DNA of 64,000 nucleotides from a virus: IMG/VR virus record IMGVR_UViG_3300042509_001112, positions 1 to 64,000 of that record; one strand, 5' to 3'. Shown piece by piece: positions 56,313 to 64,000 of this stretch (position 1 is its first letter; each line of letters starts with the position of its first letter). The notes under the pieces were generated by a model. It saw only the letters and a program-made list of their open reading frames with translations, ran no database searches and was not told where the DNA came from. The position numbers and the translations under genes were made by a program.

Positions 56313-57686
56313 ATGTCATTACAAAACGTAAGTAATCACAAACAATTACTCATAGGTAAAAATGCCGCTACTAATCCAACAGCAGGTCAAGTAGCTAGCC
56401 CAAGTACTCTTGCTGATGGGGCTGTAGCTCTTACTACAATGGATGGAGTTATTCTTAGTAGTACATCTGCAGATGATGTAGCAAGCACTACTCCTGTAGT
56501 ATTAGTACAAGGTCAAGGTGCTAATAAACCTTTAATTAAGTCTGCTCCTTTTACAAGAGAAAGTCTTCTTTCATGGAAAGCTAAAAAATTTGCACCTGCT
56601 GCTCAACAAGTATCAACTGTAGGTTACAATGGAACCTCTGGAAATATTGTTAATCCTGGTGTAGGTACTAGTATTATTTTGCGTAATACTTTTAAAACTA
56701 ACTTCTATCAATTTAGTGATAAATTAATGGAGTCTATCGTTGGTTACAAAGTAACTGCTGCTGATACTATTTTTACATTAGCAGATGCTCTAACTAAACG
56801 CGCTATTCAAGATGTACAAAAATATGTAAATATTCCTTATAAAGTAGAAAGGTTATTTAACGGTACTAGAACAGCTGCTACTGCTGCTACTACTGGTACT
56901 AGTAGATCTATTGTGGTTGTTGCTGCTGGTACTCCAGTTGTTAGTATAGCTGCTACAAATGCGTCATCTGTAGTAACTTTATCTGTAGCTACTTCTACAA
57001 TTTCTTCAGTTAACTTTGTTGCTGGTGATTATATTGAATTAGCAGGTAAAACATATAAAATTGTTACTGTAGGTGCCACTGGAGGTGCTAGTATGTCTTT
57101 AACATTAGATGTAGCTTACCAAGGCCCAACAGCTACTATAGCTGCTGCTAATATAAAATTCTGGAACGGTACTCCTGATTACACAGCTTGCGGTATTCAA
57201 TTTACAGGTCTTCCTCAAACTAAATTTGCTCCAAATATCTTCCGTTATGAAACTTCTAAGTTTGTAACTACTGCAACTAACTTTAGTACTACTGAAGTAG
57301 TTAATGCTGCTACAGTTCCAACTGAAGGTTCTGGTGTATATGAGCAAATTGCTGAAGAAGAATTCTTCTTCCAATTGTTTGAAGGTATGCATGATGCTAA
57401 CTTGATTCAGGTTCCTCCTGTAACAATGCGTTCTAATGTTGAACTTACTGGATACTACTCAATCATTGATCTTGAAGTAGCTACTCAGTCTGGTACTATG
57501 AGCTTTATTAATAATCCAATTGCTCGTAAACAAGTTAGACTTGCTGTTAATGGTGGTTCTATTACTGGTGGTACACCTGTATCTCCTTCAAGTACATCTG
57601 CTGAATTAACTTATATTGCAGCTGTATTAGATGCTTTTATTACTGCAGGTACTACTTCAACTCCGTTGACTACTCAGTTAACCTAA
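56313..57686 (+). CDS. Putative abundant structural protein (auxiliary capsid-like)
   Basis: Ala/Thr-rich, high-expression codons, followed by a terminator. Confidence 0.55.
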   Translation: MSLQNVSNHKQLLIGKNAATNPTAGQVASPSTLADGAVALTTMDGVILSSTSADDVASTTPVVLVQGQGANKPLIKSAPFTRESLLSWKAKKFAPAAQQVSTVGYNGTSGNIVNPGVGTSIILRNTFKTNFYQFSDKLMESIVGYKVTAADTIFTLADALTKRAIQDVQKYVNIPYKVERLFNGTRTAATAATTGTSRSIVVVAAGTPVVSIAATNASSVVTLSVATSTISSVNFVAGDYIELAGKTYKIVTVGATGGASMSLTLDVAYQGPTATIAAANIKFWNGTPDYTACGIQFTGLPQTKFAPNIFRYETSKFVTTATNFSTTEVVNAATVPTEGSGVYEQIAEEEFFFQLFEGMHDANLIQVPPVTMRSNVELTGYYSIIDLEVATQSGTMSFINNPIARKQVRLAVNGGSITGGTPVSPSSTSAELTYIAAVLDAFITAGTTSTPLTTQLT

Positions 57687-57707
57687 TAACAACTTTTAAA
57701 TTTTAAT

Positions 57708-57744
57708 AAAAAGGCTATGGCTAGTTATAGCTGTAGCCTTTTTT
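57708..57744 (+). terminator. Intrinsic terminator
   Basis: AAAAAGGCTATGGCTA-GTTA-TAGCTGTAGCCTTTTTT. Confidence 0.8.
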
Positions 57745-57758
57745 AATATAATTAATCC

Positions 57759-58328
57759 ATGGCTTTACAATTAAATATAAATATAACTGAATATATTAAT
57801 CAAGAATGGTTAACTTTTAAAGAGTTAACTGGTCTATACTCTTTAGCTAATACAACTGGTTGGGGTACTCCTAATCCAGCTACTGGTTCAGCTACTGCAG
57901 CAACTTTAGAAATGCAAGATATTAATGGTAACAGTTTAGGAATAGTTGATGTTTTTACTTACTTTCCTACCTCTGATACTAATTTTGAATTAAATATACT
58001 AGCAAGTGATTTTAATGGTAACACAACTAAGTTTAATGATGGTGTATATCAATTTATTTATAGAGTAGTTACTCCAACTGGTAACTATGAAAAACGTATT
58101 TGGATAGTATTTAAATGTGCTGCTGAGTGTAAAATGCAAAACTTATTATTAAAGCTTGTACAAGATTTTTGTGATACTTGTGAAGATGATGGTAGTGTAT
58201 TAAAATATACTCAAGCTAGAATGATTTTAGATGCTGCTGAGAGTGCTGCTCAATGTGGAGATATTATTAGAGCTAGTTCTTTAATGGATATGTTCAATAG
58301 ATTAAAGATTGAATATTGCTGCGATTAA
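57759..58328 (+). CDS. Putative tail structural protein
   Basis: DGVYQFIY beta domain plus Cys-rich helical C-terminus. Confidence 0.5.
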   Translation: MALQLNINITEYINQEWLTFKELTGLYSLANTTGWGTPNPATGSATAATLEMQDINGNSLGIVDVFTYFPTSDTNFELNILASDFNGNTTKFNDGVYQFIYRVVTPTGNYEKRIWIVFKCAAECKMQNLLLKLVQDFCDTCEDDGSVLKYTQARMILDAAESAAQCGDIIRASSLMDMFNRLKIEYCCD

Positions 58329-58361
58329 TAGATTTATAAACAATTTAATATAATATATAAA

Positions 58362-59351
58362 ATGAGTTGCAACGGATGTGACGAAATAATAACAACTGGT
58401 AATCAAGGTTATGATGGCTGGAGTCCTGTATTAGCTTTAAGTGAAGATTGTGCTGGTAAAATAGTACATAGACTTATTAGCTGGATTGATGGTACTGGTA
58501 CAAAACCTGATTACAATAGTAATATAATGACTGATGCTTGGTTATTAGTTAATCCTATTTATTTAAGTGCAAGTGGATTTACTGATGACTGTGATCAAGC
58601 TGTTAATTTACAACCTAGTAATGGTACTAACGGTACTAACGGTACTAATGGTACACAAGGACCTCCTGGTGAAGATGGTTGTACTCCTGAAATAAGTTTT
58701 ACTGCTATTATAGTAGGAGAAGTAGAAAGTACTCCTTTAACAGTAGTACCTACTAGTGATGTACCTTGTGCTCCTAGTTTTGAAATAGAATTTCCTGAAG
58801 AGTTTTTTACTAGTGATACTGTAGTAGACGCTGTAACAGGTAGTGAAACATTTACTACTGCTGTAGAAAATGCTGTTGATGGTGTACTTAATGTAACACC
58901 TATATCTGTACCTGTAACTATAAGTACAGGTAGTTCTACTTTATTACAGTATGATAGTAGTGGAAATGGTATTGATCCAGCTCCAACTCTTTCATTATAT
59001 ACTACAGCTGGTAATAGTTGGTTTGATTATTATATAATAGGAAATCAAATGACTATTCAGTTTAGATTTGTATTATTTAGTAATTATTCAGGTACAATAA
59101 AATTACATGTAAAAATTCCAGCAAATAAAACTTCTTTATTAGGTACTGGAACTCCTATAATGATGAATAGAGCTACTAGTGAATTAAGAGTTCCTCAAAT
59201 AAGTGATGCTTCAGATGTTGGACCAGGATGGTTAAGAATAAACGACAGATATGATAATAGTTCAACATACCGTTTTTGGGTTCCTCAATCTGTAGCACCA
59301 AGCCAATCACCAATAATTATTGCAGGTACGTATACTTTTTTAATAAATTAA
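58362..59351 (+). CDS. Putative tail fibre/spike-associated protein with short collagen-like repeat
   Basis: (NGT)4-QGPPGEDG repeat; beta-rich C-terminus. Confidence 0.55.
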   Translation: MSCNGCDEIITTGNQGYDGWSPVLALSEDCAGKIVHRLISWIDGTGTKPDYNSNIMTDAWLLVNPIYLSASGFTDDCDQAVNLQPSNGTNGTNGTNGTQGPPGEDGCTPEISFTAIIVGEVESTPLTVVPTSDVPCAPSFEIEFPEEFFTSDTVVDAVTGSETFTTAVENAVDGVLNVTPISVPVTISTGSSTLLQYDSSGNGIDPAPTLSLYTTAGNSWFDYYIIGNQMTIQFRFVLFSNYSGTIKLHVKIPANKTSLLGTGTPIMMNRATSELRVPQISDASDVGPGWLRINDRYDNSSTYRFWVPQSVAPSQSPIIIAGTYTFLIN

Positions 59352-59352
59352 T

Positions 59353-60279
59353 ATGGAAATAAATATAAATTTTTCGGGTGCTACTATTAGTTTAACTAAT
59401 GCTATGGAAAGTGTTCCTTTTATAATAACAGGAACAGGTACATTAACTTCTAATTATATAATTACTACAACAGGTTCTTTTGATGAAGGATCTACATTCA
59501 CTTTTTATTATAAAGGTGTAGTTGATAAAGCTACTTATAATTTTAATATATTAGGTACTAATCTTAGTTCTGCTCAATTAAATAGAGAATCTACAATAGT
59601 AGCTGTTTATAATGGAGTTACTTGGGATGTTAATCTTTATATTAATGCAGTTAATGATAACTGGATAACTTCATCTATAGCTGGTACTTGGCAAAATATA
59701 CCTTATGATGATGGTGATATTATTAACTCTGGTTCAACTACAGGTACTTATACAAATACTACTGGTACTGAAGGTGCTAACTATTTAGGTCAGTGGAAAG
59801 CTTATAAAGCTAATGCTGCTAATTATTCTAATTCAGTTCCTTCAGCTAGAAGATTAAAATATAGAAAAAACTTAGATGGTACTGTACAAATTATGGGTCA
59901 TTTAAGAAAGCAATTTGCTGTACCTGCAGCTACTACTAGTATTAAATTAGATAATAGTTTATACTCTAATACAATTACATCTCCTGCAGCTATAATTATG
60001 GATACTAAAGTATTATGGTATTATCAATTACCTAGTCCTATATTAGATTTAGGAAGTAATTTAGTACAAATATTACCTTGTGATTTATATGTAGAAGATA
60101 CTACAGCTGATAATAATGATGTGTTTAGCAGTAATGCTAAAATATGGATAGGTCAAGGTACTTTAATAGTTCATAATTCATTTTTAAGTTTATACTCAGC
60201 TGCTACTATTACAGGATTAACAGCTAGTAGAAATTATACTTTATCAGCAATTATTAATGCGTCTTATATAGATCTATAA
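59353..60279 (+). CDS. Putative tail fibre protein
   Basis: Thr/Ser/Asn-rich; LKYRKNLDGTVQIMG resembles fibre-tip motifs. Confidence 0.5.
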   Translation: MEININFSGATISLTNAMESVPFIITGTGTLTSNYIITTTGSFDEGSTFTFYYKGVVDKATYNFNILGTNLSSAQLNRESTIVAVYNGVTWDVNLYINAVNDNWITSSIAGTWQNIPYDDGDIINSGSTTGTYTNTTGTEGANYLGQWKAYKANAANYSNSVPSARRLKYRKNLDGTVQIMGHLRKQFAVPAATTSIKLDNSLYSNTITSPAAIIMDTKVLWYYQLPSPILDLGSNLVQILPCDLYVEDTTADNNDVFSSNAKIWIGQGTLIVHNSFLSLYSAATITGLTASRNYTLSAIINASYIDL

Positions 60280-60280
60280 C

Positions 60281-62248
60281 ATGCAAAGAATTAACTTTAC
60301 AGAATCTACTTTAAATACATTAAAGAAAACAGCTAACTGTTCATTTGCTAATGCTGTATACAAACTTACCATGAAGGCTCAACAAGGTCTTAAGTGTGAT
60401 GATTTGTATAAGAAATCTGTGCTTATGAATGATGTTAATAAGATTCTTTGTAATTATAAGTTAGATACTTGTATATCATTTCATCCAGCTTTAGAAGGAG
60501 GAACTAATACTTGGACATTTGGTCTTGGTAGTTTTACTGGTACAATATCTTATTATCTTAATATAGATGGAGTAAATGTTTTTATTGGAGCAGGTAATTC
60601 TGCTGCAAACATTGTAACTGATATAATTAATAATAGTGATGGTACAGGTGTTACTGCTAGTTTAGATGGTAGTTATATTACAATAACAAGTCCTGTAGGA
60701 TGTTTTGTAGAAGAAGATTTAACATCCATTAAAACACCTGCTGGTACTATACCAGCAACACCACTAGTATTTTTAGCTAGCAAATGTGCTCAAGAAGAAA
60801 CTTGTATAGATTATACAGAAGAACAACTTAATTGTATTACTCCACAAGATTTACAAGTATTATATGAGTTTACTCATAAATATAAAGAAACCTTAGCTAA
60901 GTCTACTAAAAAGATATCTAATCCTAGTTCTAATACTAATACAAGTAATTCAACTGATTGTTGTACTTGGGGTAGTATAGGTGGTAGTATAGGTAATCAA
61001 TCTGATTTGGTTAATTATCTAGCTACTGTTGAAAAGAATATGATATCTGTTAAAGATGAAGGTACTGAGATAACTGGTGATGTTAAAAGTATTAATTTTG
61101 TTGGAAGTGGTGTAACTGCTGCTAGTGTTAATAGTAATGTTACTGTTACTATACCTGGTGGTGGAGGTGGAAGTACTTTTGAATGTTCTGATTTAGTAGG
61201 TTGTGATGTTAGTCTATTAAATAACGATGCTGGTTATATTACTGAAGTTCCTAAATATACTGTTGACAATGGATTAACTGAAAGTCCTGCTAATAATTTT
61301 CAATTGGGAGGTATTTTAATTCAAAATACTACTATTGATACTGATACTAATGAATTATTAATAACAACTAGCACATCACCAAGTGCTCCTTTAGCAGTAG
61401 AAAATCTTAATTCTGATGACTCTACTGATGTAGATGGTATTGATGTTTACTCAGAAGTTGGTGTTGCTGGTGTATTTGAAATAAATCATTATAGTGATTC
61501 TAATATATTTCCAGTATTAGAACTTAAAAGAAATAGCTCAACTTCTTCTAGAAACTATGATGGTTTAGGTGGAGCTATTGATTTTTATTTAAGAAAAAAT
61601 GATGGAACTTATACAGGTTATCCAACCGCTAGAATAGCAGCTAAATGGCTTGCTTCAGCTACCACTGATAGTCAAATAGAATTATGGGCACATTCTAATG
61701 GATTTCAAAAAAGAATTGCTACTTTTAATATTGATACTACTCCTAGATCAGGTCAAATAAACTTTGAAGAATATGGACTTGGTAATTTTGCTGTTAGTAA
61801 TCCTGATTATTTATTAGCCGTTAATGGAGCTGGTGATATTATAGAAAGTGAAAATGTTGTTAAAACTTTTAAAAGAATAATAACAAGTGCTGAATTAGCA
61901 TCTGTTGGTGCAAATCAAATAATAGCTGCTCCTGGTGCTGGTAAAGCAATAAATGTTATTGAAGCTAGTATTAAATTAGATTATAACGGTATTGCGTATA
62001 CTCCAGTACTTGCTGGTATTGGTACTACTGGTGGTGGTTTATTTGGAATACCAACATCATTTTTTACAGCAACAAGTAATCAATTTGCAAAAATGTATGA
62101 TATTAATACTTATCAATATGCTGATAGTACAACTTATATATCTAACTTAGTTGAAAATTCACCTATAAATTTTACAGTTGTAACACCTTCTAGTGTTGGT
62201 AATAGTACTATTACAGTTTATGGTTTATACAGAATAATAGATTTATAA
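60281..62248 (+). CDS. Putative tail fibre / structural protein
   Basis: WGSIGGSIGNQSDL, INFVGSGV, VSLLNNDAGYIT fibre-type segments, GGGGS linker. Confidence 0.55.
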   Translation: MQRINFTESTLNTLKKTANCSFANAVYKLTMKAQQGLKCDDLYKKSVLMNDVNKILCNYKLDTCISFHPALEGGTNTWTFGLGSFTGTISYYLNIDGVNVFIGAGNSAANIVTDIINNSDGTGVTASLDGSYITITSPVGCFVEEDLTSIKTPAGTIPATPLVFLASKCAQEETCIDYTEEQLNCITPQDLQVLYEFTHKYKETLAKSTKKISNPSSNTNTSNSTDCCTWGSIGGSIGNQSDLVNYLATVEKNMISVKDEGTEITGDVKSINFVGSGVTAASVNSNVTVTIPGGGGGSTFECSDLVGCDVSLLNNDAGYITEVPKYTVDNGLTESPANNFQLGGILIQNTTIDTDTNELLITTSTSPSAPLAVENLNSDDSTDVDGIDVYSEVGVAGVFEINHYSDSNIFPVLELKRNSSTSSRNYDGLGGAIDFYLRKNDGTYTGYPTARIAAKWLASATTDSQIELWAHSNGFQKRIATFNIDTTPRSGQINFEEYGLGNFAVSNPDYLLAVNGAGDIIESENVVKTFKRIITSAELASVGANQIIAAPGAGKAINVIEASIKLDYNGIAYTPVLAGIGTTGGGLFGIPTSFFTATSNQFAKMYDINTYQYADSTTYISNLVENSPINFTVVTPSSVGNSTITVYGLYRIIDL

Positions 62249-62249
62249 T

Positions 62250-62561
62250 ATGAGTAATGATATATTATTAAACATAAAAAAGTTATTAGACTATCCTCAA
62301 GCTCTTGGTAATGAAACAATATTATTAGGTACTGGATATATATCTTTACTAACTGTACCTGAAATTGCTAACTATGCAATTATGACAATAGATAGTGGAG
62401 AAGGTAGAGTATGGTGGACTGGTACTAATCCTAGTGCAACTAGTGGTTTATCTTTACAAGCATTTGATGTTACAGGTAGACAGAATCTGCTTAACTTTAG
62501 AGCTATTGGTACAATAGGTACACCTTTATTAAATATTCAATATTTTTACTTACAAGCATGA
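62250..62561 (+). CDS. Small putative structural protein
   Basis: 103 aa, beta-rich. Confidence 0.5.
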   Translation: MSNDILLNIKKLLDYPQALGNETILLGTGYISLLTVPEIANYAIMTIDSGEGRVWWTGTNPSATSGLSLQAFDVTGRQNLLNFRAIGTIGTPLLNIQYFYLQA

Positions 62562-64000
62562 CATTCTTTAATAAAAAATCTACATTTGTACCTTATATTA
62601 AGGGTAGAGAGATTACAACAGTAGCTAATTATGCTGCTTTACCTGATCCAACAACTGTAGGAGATAAGTTTTATTGGTGTGAAAATAGTCAAGGAACTGC
62701 TTGGTTACCTGGATCATTAGGAGGTACTTACTATCCTAGAGGATTGTATTATTCCAATGGTACTACTTGGGAGTATATGGAAACTCCTATTCAAGCTACT
62801 CAAGCTGAAGTTGATGCTGGTATTATTGATGATAGATTTGTTAGTCCTAATACTTTATATAATGCTGATCAATGGAATAGTGTTAAAATAAAACTTTACA
62901 CTAACGGAAATCTTAATAATGAACCAAATACATTAAATCTTGTAGAAGGTACTAATATGACTATTACAGATGATGGTAGTGGTAATATAACATTTGATGC
63001 TACAGGTGGAGGTGGGGGTAGTGGTATACCTAAAGCAACCGCAGCAGGTACGGATACGTACACAACAACAATAACAGGTGTTACAGGTTATGTTGATGGG
63101 GACGCTTACTTAATACGATTTACCAACGGCAACACAACAGGGGCAACGCTGGATATTAACGATGGGACTTCGTTCCTTGGTGCAAAAACACTATACCGCA
63201 ATAACGATGGCGCAATAATAGGCGGTGACATTTGGGCGGGTGCTGAAATGCTTTGCGTGTTTAACTCAACTCTTGATGGGTTTCAATGTATCGGTACATC
63301 ACCGAATAGCTTGTTTGCCTACGTTGTAAACGCTGACTCGGTGACAATAAATAGAGGTCAACCTGTGTATGCTTTTGGTAGTACAGGCAACAGAATGAGC
63401 GTTAAGTTGGCGAACAACCAAAGTGATTTAACATCTGCACAAACTTACGGACTTGTTTATAGCACATCAATAGCAGCAGGTCAAAAAGGCATCATCATTA
63501 TTCAAGGTGTTTTAGATGGGTTAAATTTGGGCGGTACTTGGGCAGATGGTGATCCTGTTTATTTAGGAGCATCAGCAGGGGCAATAACCAAAACAAAGCC
63601 ATACGCACCTGACCATTTAGTGTATTTGGGTGTTGTTGAACGTGCAAACGCTGGTAATGGTATTATGTATGTTAGAGTACAGAACGGATATGAACTTGAT
63701 GAATTACATGATGTGTCAGCGCAAACACCTGCAGACAATAACACATTGATTTATAATTCATCAAACAATTTATGGGAAGCTAAAGCAATAAAAGTAACTG
63801 ACATATCAAATGGAACGGTAGTAACAGGAACTGTAAATAACACGCTTTCAAAAAGTTTGCTTGTAAAGGCAAACACACTTAAAGCAGGTTCAGCAGCTCA
63901 ATTTATTGTAAGAGCGGCTAAAACAGGCAATGCGGGAACTATACAACTGCGCTTATATTGGAACACAAGTCCGTCTTTAATAGGAGCGATTTTATTAGCC
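62558..64000 (+). CDS. Putative tail fibre protein, 3'-truncated by window end (not in ORF track)
   Basis: ATGA overlap with previous stop; reads MTFFNKKSTFVPYIKGREITTVANYAALPDP... and appears open to the window end; contains GYELDELHDV fibre-type motif. Confidence 0.7.
   Translation, partial: MTFFNKKSTFVPYIKGREITTVANYAALPDPTTVGDKFYWCENSQGTAWLPGSLGGTYYPRGLYYSNGTTWEYMETPIQATQAEVDAGIIDDRFVSPNTLYNADQWNSVKIKLYTNGNLNNEPNTLNLVEGTNMTITDDGSGNITFDATGGGGGSGIPKATAAGTDTYTTTITGVTGYVDGDAYLIRFTNGNTTGATLDINDGTSFLGAKTLYRNNDGAIIGGDIWAGAEMLCVFNSTLDGFQCIGTSPNSLFAYVVNADSVTINRGQPVYAFGSTGNRMSVKLANNQSDLTSAQTYGLVYSTSIAAGQKGIIIIQGVLDGLNLGGTWADGDPVYLGASAGAITKTKPYAPDHLVYLGVVERANAGNGIMYVRVQNGYELDELHDVSAQTPADNNTLIYNSSNNLWEAKAIKVTDISNGTVVTGTVNNTLSKSLLVKANTLKAGSAAQFIVRAAKTGNAGTIQLRLYWNTSPSLIGAILLA

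Noticed and set aside
1958-63744. Short opposite-strand ORFs in the track (e.g. 1958..2296, 13647..13859, 18678..18898, 19643..20032, 24412..24654, 29602..29877, 48072..48577, 48997..49332, 57105..57392, 63559..63744)
   Set aside because: They lie antisense within well-supported genes and have no recognisable motifs; treated as shadow ORFs.
1-64000. Stop-codon reassignment (TAG or TGA), which occurs in some crAss-like phages
   Set aside because: Terminase, portal, capsid, polymerase and RNR are full length in the standard code, and both TAG and TGA are used as stops.
58362-64000. Diversity-generating retroelement or invertible tail-fibre system
   Set aside because: No reverse transcriptase, invertase or template/variable repeat pair seen in the window.

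Overview
A 64-kb, very AT-rich segment of a tailed phage with crAss-like (Crassvirales-related) organisation, probably infecting a Bacteroidota host, read in the standard genetic code. Positions 1-3035 (+) are the C-terminal part of a very large, probably virion-packaged protein. Positions 3070-40655 (-) carry nucleotide metabolism and replication genes (PhoH, class II RNR, exonucleases, dUTPase, RusA-like resolvase, primase, SSB, AAA ATPase, DnaB, PolB, ThyX), a ~9-kb cluster of three glutamine amidotransferases and three amide-bond ligases, and an accessory region of small paralogous ORFs. Positions 41234-64000 (+) are the morphogenesis module (IHF-like, GroES-like, terminase, portal, modular GG-motif protein, zincin, scaffold, major capsid, adaptor and tail/fibre genes). 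The most unusual features are: (i) three tRNA-Leu-like scaffolds at 35638-36337 with conserved acceptor ends but replaced or expanded D-loop and anticodon regions, interleaved with pseudoknot/kissing-loop elements and bracketing a gene; (ii) an integron-type attC-like gene cassette at 29402-29824; (iii) the amidoligase/glutaminase cluster; (iv) a candidate virion polyprotein with repeated [YF]xxGG motifs and an ADP-ribosyltransferase-like module next to a HExxH peptidase. All assignments come from motif recognition and manual base-pairing; no searches were run.
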